A stretch of 64,000 bases of DNA from Eledone cirrhosa (GCA_964016885.1 OZ024744.1:85994001-86058000), one strand, 5' to 3'; positions 1-12,864 are shown, counted from the stretch's first letter. A program made the numbers and translations. Notes: generated by a model from the sequence alone, not told the origin.

Positions 1-73
<73 letters not shown>
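1..73. repeat. (GTA)n microsatellite
   Basis: Perfect gta repeats at the start of the window. Confidence 0.95.
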
Positions 74-76
<3 letters not shown>

Positions 77-224
77 CTGTTGTTATTGAGCTTGGTTAGA
101 CACGACTTGAACGAGGAAGTTTCTACGTGGTCAATTTACTTGCTAGAAATAGCAGCAAAACAATTATCTCTCAAATATCTATTCTAAGTAACATCACTTG
201 TCTTACTCATATTATTTACCAGTG

Positions 225-912
225 ACGGCAGTATCGGTAGAGCGTCAGACACAATCCTTTGGCACATTGCCTAAATCCAAACCATTATAACTCTGCCTTT
301 CATCCTTACGGGGTCGATAATCTATAAATGTACCAGTAATACACTGAGACAATTGCTGGCCTTGTCCCAAAAGTAGAAACAATTATATTAAAAAAGAAAC
401 ATTTTTGTCTTATGTTTGTCTATGGTTATATTCAAAATATTTCCTCACTATACACACTCTCAGACTAATGTATTTACACATATATGTGTCATACGTCGTA
501 CTACACATCTCTAGTTTAAAATTTAACGTTTAATAACCATACTTTCATTACCTTGAATTATAAAATATACACAGTCGTACTAACTATACAGACTATATAC
601 AGAGCTAAGTTCAAATCCCGCCGAGGTTAACTTTGTCTTTCATCCTTACGGGGTCCATAAAATAAAGTACCAGTAATGCACTGGGATAATTGCTGGTCTT
701 TTGTCAAAAGTAGAAACAAATATTATGAATCAAGGATTGAAGGGCAGTGGATTGGCAGTATCGGTAGATCGTCAGACACAATCCTTTGCAGCACAGAGCT
801 ATGGCCCTTTACGTTATCTGTTCAAATTCCACCGAGGCCGATAAAATAAAGTACCAGTAATGCACTGGCGTAATCGTTGGCCTTGTGCCAAAAGTAGAAA
901 CAATTATTATGA
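225..912 (+). mobile_element. Cluster of degenerate SINE family A copies (tRNA-like head, Deu/Nin-like core, (ATT)n tail)
   Basis: Copies at about 225-390, 600-730 and 740-912 share ggcagtatcggtag...gttcaaatcccgccgagg...gcctttcatccttacggggtcgataaaataaagtaccag...ggccttgtgccaaaagtagaaacaattatt. Confidence 0.8.
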
Positions 913-1109
913 ATCGAGCATTGAAGGAGAGTGGATTGGCAGTATCGATAGAACAACAGCGAGTCAACGAGAATGGTTTCTATGTGGTAAATCAAACTGC
1001 AAGAAATAGCAATGGTGATCCTTCTCATATCACTCTAAGGGAAGAACATATTATCTAGTCATAAGTACAGAATGATAGAAACAAATAGTGGATATTCTTG
1101 GCTGGAATA

Positions 1110-2382
1110 ACTATCTATCCGTCCAACCAACCATCCAAACAGCCATCTAATCATCCATCCACCCAACCATCTAACCATCCAACGAACCATCCATCCAACC
1201 ATCCATTCACCCACACCTCCATCCATCCATCCAACCATCCAACCATCCATCCATATCCAACCATCCATCCTACCATCCACCCACTCAACCATCCAACCAT
1301 CCAACCATCCATCCATTCAACCATCCAACCATCCATCCATCCAACCATAGAACCATCCAACCATCCAACCATCCAACCATCCAACCAACCATCCATCCAT
1401 CCATCCATCCAACCATCCAACCATCCAACCATCCAACCATCCAACCAACCATCCATCCATCTATCCAACCATCCACCCACTCAACCATCCATCCATTCAA
1501 CCATCCAACCATCCATCCATATCCAACCATCCATCCTACCATCCACCCACTCAACCATCCAACCATCCAACCATCCATCCATTCAACCATCCAACCATCC
1601 ATCCATCCAACCATCCAACCATCCATCCATATCCAACCATCCATCCTACCATCCACCCACTCAACCATCCAACCACCCAACCATCCATCCAACCATCCAT
1701 CCATCCATCCATCCATCCAACCATAGAACCATCCAACCATCCAACCATCCAACCATCCATCCATCCAACCATCCAACCATCCATCCATATCCAACCATCC
1801 ATCCTACCATCCACCCACTCAACCATCCAACCACCCAACCATCCATCCAACCATCCATCCATCCATCCATCCATCCAACCATAGAACCATCCAACCATCC
1901 AACCATCCAACCATCCATCCATCCATCCATCCAACCATCCAACCATCCAACCATCCAACCAACCATCCAACCATCCAACCAGACATCCAACCATCCATCT
2001 ATCCAACCATCCACCCACTCAACCATCCAACCATCCAACCATCCAACCAACGATCCAACCATCCACCCACTCAACCATCCAACCATCCAACCATCCAACC
2101 AACGATCCAACCATCCAACCATCCAACCATCCATCCATCCAACCAACCAACCATCCAACCATCCAACCATCCACCCAACCATCCAACCAGACATCCAACC
2201 ATCCATCTATCCAACCATCCACCCACTCAACCATCCAACCATCCAACCATCCAACCAACGATCCAACCATCCACCCACTCAACCATCCAACCATCCAACC
2301 ATCCAACCAACGATCCAACCATCCAACCATCCAACCATCCATCCATCCAACCAACCAACCATCCAACCATCCAACCATCCAT
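1110..2382. repeat. Compound (CCAT/CCAA) tetranucleotide satellite, ~1.27 kb
   Basis: Continuous ccat/ccaa units with recurring variant blocks (ccatagaa, cacccactcaa, ccaacgatcc). The ORFs over it are repeat translations. Confidence 0.95.
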
Positions 2383-2600
2383 CATGTTCACTTAAAAATA
2401 ATGTTTAAATAATTAAACTATACACAGACATGTATATAATGTGAAATGAAACTGGAAGGCCCATATATATATATATATACGTGTATGTATATATATAAAT
2501 GTGTGTGTATGTATACATATATATAGAGATGTATGTGTGTGTGTATATATATAAATATATATATATATGGTTGTCTGCTATATATATATATATATGATGT

Positions 2601-2658
<58 letters not shown>

Positions 2659-3427
2659 ACATCATCCCTTCTCTCTCTCTCTCCCATACTCCTTCTCTGT
2701 CTCCTCTCGCTCTCTCTCTCTCTCTTTCTCTCTCTCTGTCTCTTTGTTTATGAAGGTACCCGGAAAACCCCTATATCTCGGGAACCCGTGGTCCGATTTA
2801 AGCGAAGCTTGTTTTATTCCATTTGTATTCCCATTTCAGGGTCAACATCCTTTCAAAGTATTTTCCCATTATGCGCTCTTTTGGCTGTATTACATTACAG
2901 ACAAGCAAGCAATCAGGCAAGCAAGCAAGCAATCAAGCAAGCAAGAGTATCATAGAGTTATAGTATTATATTGATATACACATAAAAATAAGCATGTTTG
3001 TATCATAGAACCAAGGTCGGTTTTAAGCGGTTAATATCAAAAGGGTTAAATAACAACAACAACAACAGCGACGACGACGACAAAAACACCAACAACATAA
3101 ACAAATCTAAAAACAAAACAAAAGCAACAACAACAAAAAATAAGAAAGATAGAAAGAAAGAAAAATCCCGCTGGAGAAATTCTTTAAGCAGTCTCGTTTT
3201 AGAAATCTAATCTTAAAAAGACACATCCCCACCCCAACATAAACTAAAGAAGGTTTAACAATCAACTAAATTTCAAAATCATCGTGGGATTTAAGAAATG
3301 AAAGAAAGTTTCTAAAACGTCATAGAATTTATGTAATGTGCGGAATTTTTCTCTGACGGAGATTAAACTTTTCTGTTACGTAAAAGTACATTCATTCATT
3401 TGTAAAATATTTCGTTTTAAAACAAGG

Positions 3428-3576
3428 TTTATGTAAGTATGTATGTATGTATGTATGTATGTATGTATGTATGTATGTATGTATGTATGTATGTATGTAT
3501 GTATCAGTAGGGGTTCTCCTACATGGATATAAAGTAGTGGCCGTACTCGAAAACGAGTTGGCAGCCACTATGTATG

Positions 3577-3610
<34 letters not shown>

Positions 3611-3700
3611 TGTATGTATGTATGTATGTATATATGTATGTATGTACGTATGTACGTATGTAAGTATGTAGGTATGTTGTATGTATGTATATACGCATGT
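3428..3700. repeat. (TATG)n tract containing a 3'-tip fragment of the RTE-derived short element (3505-3570)
   Basis: tatg repeats interrupted by gtaggggttctcctacatggatataaagtagtggccgtactcgaaaacgagttggcagcca, which matches the 3' end of the element at 11768-12320. Confidence 0.85.
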
Positions 3701-4292
3701 ATGTTATCTCTTTCTCTTAATTTCGAGTATATTTTTTTGACCGGCCACCTTCCTGGTGGCAAGGTTGTAAAAGAAAAGAAATTGTCATCACTTCAATCGC
3801 AAGAATGTTTTGGAAATTTTGAAAGTGCCAGCTATCGCAGCCATTTGTAGACTATGAATTAGGGAGTTGCGCTTTTTGTCCGCAAATCCAAGTTCAGTCA
3901 TACTTTGGTCAAAGCAGGTTGGTATATAACCCGTAGCTCCAATAATGATGGGTATGAAGCTAAAGGTGTATCTTGGATACTGGATTTGTAAACTCCTCAT
4001 CAATGGTCCGTAGATGTCCTCCTTTTCCTGTATTTTTCTGACAACGTTTACATCAAGTGGGCAGCTGATCTCCACAACAGAACACGTTTTCAATGTGTGG
4101 TCCCAAACAACAATATCAGGCCAGTTGTGCTTTAAGTTGGTGGCAGTTTTTATTTTCAGGTTCCACCAGTATTCCATAGTGCCATCAGTCTCAATATATT
4201 CTTCCTCGTTTGTTGTTAATTTTGTTTTCCGAAGTGCGTTCCAGATGGTTCTAACTATCCCATCGTGTCTCATGGGGAGGTAGTAGCGAGAT
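3700..4292 (-). mobile_element. 5'-truncated R4/Dong-like RLE non-LTR retrotransposon (subfamily 2), endonuclease domain
   Basis: ORF 3788-4273 has (Y)LPMRHD...KHNWPDIVVWD...VVEISCP...K...Y, the restriction-like endonuclease motifs. Its 3' end abuts (CATA)n. Confidence 0.85.
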
Positions 4293-4294
4293 GT

Positions 4295-4960
4295 AAGTAT
4301 GATCTTCTGGTTTTATAATTTCACAAAGTTTTACCAATAGAGAGAGAGAGTCGGTTTCTAACATAGACACAAGACTCTCTCATTGGAATTTACACATCAA
4401 CTAGGTAGATATGTATGTATGTATGCATGTGTAGATATGGATGTTATTGTATGTGTGGATGTGGTTGTTTTGAGTTGTATGTGTGTATATGGTTTGTATC
4501 TGTACATGTGTATATGCAGTTATTAGATACAACATTTTTGGAATGTTTCACATATTTTTACTGTTCCATTAATGGATTGTACTTGTAATTTCCTAACTAG
4601 TTGTGTTATTTCTGTTCCTGTGAAGCCTAGCTTCTCAAGATTTGTATTGAGGCAGTTACTAACATACCCCAGTGTCCCAATAATCACAGGCATAAATATG
4701 AAGGTGTAATCAGGGTGGAGTATCTGCAGATTTCTCATCAGTTCTGAATAAATATTCTCCTTTTCACTAATCTTTGATATTATATTGGCATCTGCTGGGC
4801 AGCTAATTTCCACTACTGTGCATGCTTTCTTCTCCCTGTCCCATATCATAATATCTGGTCTGTTATGCCTGCATTTTATTGGGGTTTTTACTGGAACATT
4901 CCACCAGTACTCTTTCATATTATGTACATGGATGTCTTCCACATTGTTGTAGCTTTTAGG
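4295..4960 (-). mobile_element. 5'-truncated R4/Dong-like RLE retrotransposon (subfamily 1)
   Basis: ORF 4523-5029 contains EYWWNVPVKTPIKCRHNRPDIMIWDREKKACTVVEISCP. It is nearly identical to 21010-21640, including the 3' UTR. Confidence 0.88.
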
Positions 4961-5216
4961 AAAATTTGCTTCGTAGAATCGAGACGTATCCGAGGGCTGC
5001 GCGATTTCAGAGTCAGGTTTGATCACCACATCGATCGGAGCCTCGAGTTGGTCGCCTGAGAAACAATTGTAATATGTCCAATAAATTCCTTTCGTCGCAA
5101 CACTAATTCTCTTTTTTCTGTGATATCATACTCTGCTCTATGAGGGCATCGAGTGGTCATACGGACTACCGCTTACGGACGCTTTAAGCATCCAACACCA
5201 ATTATATATATATATG

Positions 5217-5435
5217 TGAAGGCGTGTGGCGGAGTGGTTAGAGAATTGGATTCGCAATCGTAAGGTTGTGAGTTCGATTCCTGGACCAGGCGATGCGTTA
5301 TGTCCTTGAGCAAGACACTTTATTTCACGTTGCTCCTTCTACCTGGAGTTGCGACCGATAGATAGTATTAGCAATTGGAAAAACCAACGGAAACATTGTT
5401 CCCTCGGTCCGATTTGACGAAAGTCGATCGTCCTA
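5217..5435 (+). mobile_element. SINE family B (tRNA head plus CORE-like domain)
   Basis: A/B-box-like ggcgtgtggcggagtggttag...gagttcgattcc, then tgtccttgagcaagacactttatttcac (CORE-like). Homologues lie at 41719 and 61037. Confidence 0.8.
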
Positions 5436-5485
<50 letters not shown>

Positions 5486-6324
5486 AAACATCGTGTTTGA
5501 AGCTGAAATCTCGAAATTTATAGTAGATATGATGGAAGTTGCTTAAGCACAGAAAATAATTATAAAATAGCAACTGACTGCAATTCATTTTATATTCTGC
5601 GCTCGAGCATCCTGAATCTATAAAAGTATTATTCCCTCAGCGCTTCCTAAGTTCTTGAAATTTCAAGCTTCAAATAGTCTTTGTTAACATTTTCTAAAGC
5701 TGCTTGATATAGCTCCTTAATAACGACGGTATGATATTGTTAGAGGTCTCTTAATTGAATAATGATAGCACTCAGTTGGTATCTAGCAGATATAACGTTC
5801 GATTCCTTGTAGCAGCCGCTGCAAACATTTTTTCTATCTCTAAAAGACTTTATCAGATTTTTATAAGCTATCTGACGGTAATTGCAGTTACACTCTGCTT
5901 GAGCGTCATGCATCCTCTTTCTCTCCACTCACTCTATCACATTCAGTCACTTTCTCTTTCTCGTTCTATTCTCTCTCTCATTCTACTCTCTCTCTCTCTC
6001 CCTCTCTCACTCTTTCTCTATATATACAATTAATTTTTTATTTATTTTTCTCCAAACTGTAAGGTAATCATTCTGTCATTACCATAACAGAAGTCCAACC
6101 AGCGTTTGATTCCAGAATCGGGCCTGATCAATACAGATCGAACCTTCAGCTGATCAATCGCGAAACGCACGTCATAACTCAATAAATGTAATGAAAATTT
6201 GACACCTCGTCCTTTTTTATTATTATTAGTATTACACTCTGCTTAGTACAACACCTCTACACCTGCTGGAAACTACACATCGAGTGGTCACTTTGATGAA
6301 CCTACCGTAGCTTGATGTTATAAT

Positions 6325-6376
<52 letters not shown>

Positions 6377-7138
6377 ATACTTGAGGAGGATCATATTTGT
6401 GTAATATTGCCAGAATTAATAACAGAACACACTCACTGTTTGGATGGTTTTCGCTTTTCGCTTCTGTGTCTTTTATATCGGTTAATTTAATTTATTCGGT
6501 CCTCAATGTTGCCATTGACTGACCAACGGTCAAAAATACAGATACAATATAGACACAGACACATATATATAGTTTATCAAAGTTCTTTCGTTGCACATCT
6601 GCAACATCGTCAGTGGTGTTATTGTTTCCTCCCGTTGCATTGTATTTTCTACGCCATCTTTATTTAATCTGTTTATTTATTAATTTGTTTATTTTATTTT
6701 GTCTTCTTTGCGCATGCGTTTGCGTGTGTGTATAGTGTTTTGTTTGATGTGTGTTCGTGATTGGGTGACTGTGTATTAGTTAATGTATTCTATCTTTACT
6801 AGTGTGTGTTTATATGTGTTTGCTGTTATTGTGCTTGTGTATGTATTTATTTATTTATTTATCTATCTATTTATTTATTTATACTTCTCTTAGGTCAGTG
6901 TTGTTTGTTTGGGTGTTGTTGTTATTTCATTCATTTTTTCTGTTTAGCCTTGGCCTTCTAAGTTCTATTTCACTGGCCTCTATGGGTGATTCATATTTGT
7001 GTAATATTGCCAGAATTAATAACAGAACACACTCACTGTTTGGTTGGTTTTCGCTTTTCGTTTCCTCCCCAAGTATAACAATATTTGTTTCGACACACGA
7101 TTTCATATCAAAAACCTGGCAAAACTAATTCATCGCCG

Positions 7139-7237
<99 letters not shown>

Positions 7238-7288
7238 CATACATACATACATACATACATACATACATACATACATACATACATACAT

Positions 7289-8240
7289 ACTAGCAGTGGT
7301 ACCCGGCGTTGCACGGGATAAGGTATTTTGGAAGGTGGGCCACCAACAGACCTAATCGTGGAAAAACTGCATACCTGAACAATATGTAAAGAAAATAAAC
7401 CGAATACTCTGATGGCTGGATAATCTTTAAGATTTTCCTCGATGAAGCAGGAAAAATGCAAGTTTTCACCTAATGCGGGCCCTAGGCCATAAACAAGTTG
7501 GGTTTTCTTTGCTCACGGTATGAAGAAGAGACTGACTAATACGTAGTTACAATTTCAAGGAAATCTGTCTGACGTAACGCCTCAAAAAAATCCTAAAAAG
7601 CTTCAAAAACGCAGCTTTTCACCTAACGCGGGCCCTAGGAGATCAAAAAGTTGAATTTTATTATGCGCATAACACTCCCTGAAACATAACTAATATACAT
7701 GTAAAGTTTGAAAAAAATCGGTTAGGTACTTCTGGAGTTTTAGGGATTGAAACTCACAGACACACACACAGAGACAGACATCCTCAGGTAAGTGACGTAA
7801 TTCAGACAGCCAGACATACAGCCAGATATTATAAGGGCGCAATGTTATAAGTATGTATCTATCTAAAACGAGAAAAACTAAGAATTATAGAGAGAGATCG
7901 CTAATTCGCCTAATGTGGTCCCTAGGTCATTGAAAATTTGAATTTTTTTGTGCTCAGAGGACTCCCTGAAACATAAGTATTATATGTGTAAAGTTTGAAA
8001 ACAGTCGGTTGGGTGGTTCTAGAGATTTAGGGATTCCACATGCTCATTCTCTTAGGTGACATCGGAGGAATGGAGAAGGAAGAAAGCTCGTCTTCCACAA
8101 CGAGAATACACCTTTACTCTTTTTCCTCATACCGGTGGATATGAAAGTATATAAGATATGTTTATGTATACTAAACACACGAGAGTCTCGTTATAGGACA
8201 AACACGATTACTGCTTATACAACGGCAATAACCAATCGAA
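7289..8240 (+). mobile_element. Helentron/HINE (DINE-1-like) non-autonomous element with internal ~150-bp tandem units
   Basis: It starts actagcagtggtacccggcgttgcacggg (5' stem-loop typical of HINEs) and has a gtaaagtttgaaaaaaatcggtt...cacagacacac core. The unit cctaatgcgggccctagg recurs at ~7468, ~7622 and ~7909. The right boundary is uncertain. Confidence 0.55.
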
Positions 8241-8496
8241 ACGAGTTTTTCATTTTGCCGTTTCTACCTGCAGAGAGCGCCTTCTGCTTTAACTACAGAA
8301 TATATGCCCCCCCCCACATACACACACACACGCGCGCAGACACACATACACACATACGCACATATATACACACACACACACACATGTATAGACACATAGA
8401 CACACACATACACACACGCACACATAGATACACACACACACACAACACTTACACACGCACGCACACGCGCCCACACAGGTATGTATTATATATATC

Positions 8497-9615
8497 GAGG
8501 TTCACTTTGCCTTTCATCCTTATGGGGTCGATAAAATAAAGTGCCAGTAATGTACTGGGGTATGTGCTGGCCTTGTGCCAAAAGTAGAAACAGTTATTAT
8601 TATTTTTAAGGGCGGTGGATTGGCAGTATCGGTAGAGGGTCGGACGCCATGCTTTGACGTATAGAGTTACGGCCCTTGCCTTTCTGAGTTCAAATCCCGC
8701 CGAGGTTAACTTTGCCTTTCATCCTTACAGAGTCGATAAAATAAAGTACCAGTCACGCACTGGGGTCAATTTCATCGACTCCCCCGCCCCCCAAAAAAAG
8801 AAATTGCTGGCCTTGTGCCTAAATAAGAAATCATTATTATTATTATTATTGCAGTGGATTAACAGATTCGGTAGACCGTCGGACATAGAATTACGGCCCT
8901 TTACGTTGTGGTTTTCAAATCGCACCGAGGTTTATCTTTATCACCCTTACGGGGTCGATAAAATAAAGTACCAGAAATACACTGGGGTCGATTTAATTGC
9001 TGGCCTTGTGGCTAAAGTAGAAACTATTATTATTATGATTGTGGATTGGCAGTATCGGTAGAGGGTCGGACGCCATGTTTTCCAGCATAGAGTTACCTCC
9101 CTTTAGGATCTGAGTTCAAATCCCGCCGAGGTTGACTTTGCCTTTCATCCTTACGGGGTCGATAAAATAAAGTACGAGTAATGTACTGGGTTTTTGCTGG
9201 ACTTGTGCCTAAAGTAGAAACAAGTATGATTACTACTAAGGGTGGTAGTTTGGTAGTATCGGTAGAATATCAACCATCATGCTTTGCAGCATAGAGCTAT
9301 GGCGCTTTACGTTCTGAGTTCGCCGAGATTAACTTTGCCTTTCATCTTTACGGGGTCTATAAAATAAAGTACTACTAATGTACTGGGGTAATTATGGTTA
9401 CTACTAAGGGTGGTGGTTTGGCAGAATCGGTAGAGTGTCAAACATCATGCTTTGCAGCATAGAGCTATGTTGCTTTACGTTCTGAGTTCAAATCCCGTCG
9501 AGGTTAAGTTTGCCTTTCATCCTTACGAGGTCTATAAAATAAAGTATCAGCAATGCCCTGGGGGTAATTGCTGTCCTTGTGCCTAAAGCAGAAACAATTA
9601 TTATTATGATTACTA
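8497..9615 (+). mobile_element. Head-to-tail array of about six SINE family A copies
   Basis: Units start at about 8497 (partial), 8608, 8851, 9040, 9238 and 9407. Each begins in the (ATT/ACT)n tail of the previous unit. Confidence 0.88.
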
Positions 9616-10149
9616 CTACTTTTATATAAGTGAATAATTGATTCCTTAAAATTGTTGCTTGTTACCAATGGTTTCAAAGCATACACAAGCATAGTTGATA
9701 GAGACACCATCTATACCAGTGCTACTCCTTGTTCAGAAATAATTACTTCCGTTCCAAACATGTTTTTGTGCGATTTCATTATAAAATCTTCATATTCTTG
9801 GGGACTCAAAGAGTTCAAAATTCCACGAAGTATAATTATTACACTTGTCTCACACCAACTTCAGTAACCAACATCACTGTCTTTAAATTTTGTGAGGCAC
9901 CCACCCACACAAGTATCATATCTAAGACTCTAACACACACACACAGTCATATGTATATGATATACACATGTGTTTGTGCACTTGTGTATTTGCGTTTGTG
10001 TGTGTGTGTGTGTATGTGTGTGTGTGTGTGTGTGTGTGTCTCTGTGTCTCTGTGTTTCTTTGTATGTACGTGTATGTTTATGTAAGTATTGGCCGCTTTC
10101 TTTAATATTTTACCCAGTGTTCAATGGTGTTGCAGATGCTGTTATTGCT

Positions 10150-10688
10150 ACTGCTGCTGCTGCTGCTGCTGCTCTTCTTCTTCTTCTTCTTCTTCTTCTT
10201 CTTCTTCTTCTTCTTCTTCTTCTTCTCCTCCTCCTCCTCCTCCTCCTTCTTCTTCTCCTCCTCCTCCTCCTCCTCCTCCTCCTCCTCTTCTTCTTCTTCT
10301 TCTTCTTCTTCTTCTCCTCCTCCTCTTCTTCTTCTTCTTCTTCTTCTTCTTCTTCTTCTCCTCCTCCTCCTCCTTCTTCTTCTTCTTCTTCTTCTTCTTC
10401 TTCTTCTTCTTCTCCTCCTCCTCCTCCTTCTTCTTGTTCTCCTCCTCCTCCTCCTCTTCCTCTTCTTCTTCTTCTTCTTCTTCTTCTTCTTCTTCTTCTT
10501 CTTCTTCTTCTTCTTCTCCTCCTCCTCCTCCGTCTTCTTCTTCTTCTTCTTCTTCTTCTTCTTCTTCTTCTTCTTCTTCTTCTTCTTCTTCTTCTTCTTC
10601 TTCTTCTTCTTCTTCTTCTTCTTCTTCTTCTTCTTCTTCTTCTTCTTCTTCTTCTTCTTCTTCTTCTTCTTCTTCTTCTTCTTCTTCA
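10150..10688. repeat. Compound (GCT)(CTT)(CCT)n trinucleotide repeat, ~540 bp
   Basis: A short gct run followed by a long polypyrimidine triplet run. Confidence 0.95.
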
Positions 10689-10822
10689 TGTGTTTGTTAT
10701 GTTTGTAGTTGCTGCTGTTATTATCGTTATTGTAATTGTTTTTATTCTTGTTCATGAAGAATATGAAAGTATATTGGTTTCAATCAGCGAAAGAACCCCT
10801 TAAGTGTTGAGAATTAATATAC

Positions 10823-11340
<518 letters not shown>

Positions 11341-11767
11341 ATAGATATATTTAAGAAAAAGATCTTAGAATCTTTATCAACGTGTCAGCCCTCTAGCCAA
11401 GTTAACACTTAAAACTGTCTCCAAGACGTTTTATCGGAACATCTTGTGTCTCACGAATAGAATTTATTCAAATGTACAACCTGAGTGATGATTTGTTGGT
11501 GATATATATTCTTTCAGATCTCAGACGCTAAATCTTGCTCTTTCATTCTCGGAAAAAATCTTCTCCTACCCCTGTACCCTTTTCTTCTCTCATTTTCTCT
11601 CCTTTCTACCCTGTCTCTCTATATCTCTTTAATTTTTCTCTGATCCTACTTTCTGTATCTCTTTCTTTCATTCAATCTGTCTTTCGTTCATACTCTCAGT
11701 GTAAATGTATGTATGTATGTATGTATGTATGTATGTATGTATGTATGTATGTATGTATGTATGTATG

Positions 11768-12320
11768 TGTCGGGTCGTCGGCGACTAAACTGGCAACCCC
11801 ACCAAGGTTTCTTGGTGAGGAGGGTGACTTTGGACATCCTGCAGGACTAAAAACAAAACCTGTCAAAGGGCAAAGGAGCTCTTAAGAGTCAATGGCCATC
11901 CAAAATCACCGGGAGAGATGACCCCTTAGCCTTTGTCAAGGCAGAATTCTAGGAGAAGGAAACCTCTGATATAACACCTGCAACCCTGATGGTATCCAAT
12001 GATGTTGACTTGTTCTTCTTTTTGGTAAATATCATCTTGGTTAAGAGAGTGGGACTGGCTTTGTGCAGTGCCTTTGCTCACTATAAAAGCTTCACAGCAC
12101 AGGCATTGCTTTATATCTGGAGATCTCTCTGCACTTGTCGTCACATGGTACCATGGGCCCAGCACTATGTGTCAATAATTGTCACAAGTGTAGTATTTGT
12201 ACCAGAGTTTTCAAGTCGCTGGCTGGACTAAAAAGTCACTCATTCAGCGCATCGGTAGGGGTTCTCCTACATGGATATAAAGTAGTGGCCATACTCGAAA
12301 ACGAGTTGGCAGCCACCATG
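11768..12320 (+). mobile_element. Non-autonomous RTE-derived short element (5' UTR plus 3' end), flanked by (TATG)n
   Basis: The 3' part encodes the zinc-finger remnant CHKCSICTRVFKSLAGLKSH, similar to the RTE C-terminus at ~22612-22680 (CRFCARHFRSLAGLKSH). It ends in the hairpin ctcgaaaacgag followed by (ATGT)n. Confidence 0.8.
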
Positions 12321-12451
12321 TATGTATGTATGTATGTAGATATTGTATGTATGTATGTATGTAAGTATGTATGTATGTTTGCATGTATGTAAAAGGGGTG
12401 TATGGCTTCGAAATTTCGGCGAGTTCCTCTTTATATATATATATATATAAA

Positions 12452-12508
<57 letters not shown>

Positions 12509-12541
12509 CATATGTGTCTGTCTGTATATATATCAGTTCCT

Positions 12542-12581
<40 letters not shown>

Positions 12582-12771
12582 GGTCAGACTGTCCCCTTTC
12601 GCTCAAATATTATATAGTAACTTATATCGATCCATAGTTCAATCGGCTACTAATTCTATTGATATAGAAGGAAGGACTACACCGACAAAATGACGGATAC
12701 ATACACACACACTTACACATACACGCACACACATACACACACACACACGTATATATATATATATATATATG

Positions 12772-12864
12772 TATAGATGAGATTCTACAGGACTAGAACT
12801 GTTTCATTCTTTAGAAATCATTCTAAAGAATGAAACAGATCTAGTCCTGTAGAATCTCATCTAT
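12772..12864. repeat. Near-perfect inverted repeat (arms ~44 bp, 4-nt loop)
   Basis: gatgagattctacaggactagaactgtttcattctttagaa-atca-ttctaaagaatgaaacagatctagtcctgtagaatctcatc, with one mismatch. Confidence 0.9.

Noticed and set aside
1059-2408. Long ORFs (up to 436 aa) over the CCAT/CCAA tract
   Set aside because: They are translations of a tetranucleotide satellite that lacks stop codons by composition.
4985-5075. tcagg...cctga-GAAACAATTGTA, resembling hammerhead stems II and III
   Set aside because: No CUGANGA or U3-A8 core upstream, so it is at most a decayed remnant.
5217-5290. tRNA-like A/B boxes here and at SINE A heads
   Set aside because: These are SINE heads that continue into CORE or Deu-like domains, with no complete cloverleaf.
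6095-6180. gcgtttgat...atcaatcgc-GAAACGCACGTC hammerhead-like half
   Set aside because: The 5' catalytic core is not identifiable.
9970-10803. Poly-Leu/Ser/Phe/Lys ORFs
   Set aside because: Trinucleotide repeat artefacts.
11926-12231. Recurrent 79-80 aa ORFs (MVSNDVDLF... / MLGPWYHV...) seen in five or more places
   Set aside because: They recur because the DNA is a young repeat. The only protein-like signal is the RTE zinc-finger remnant in another frame.
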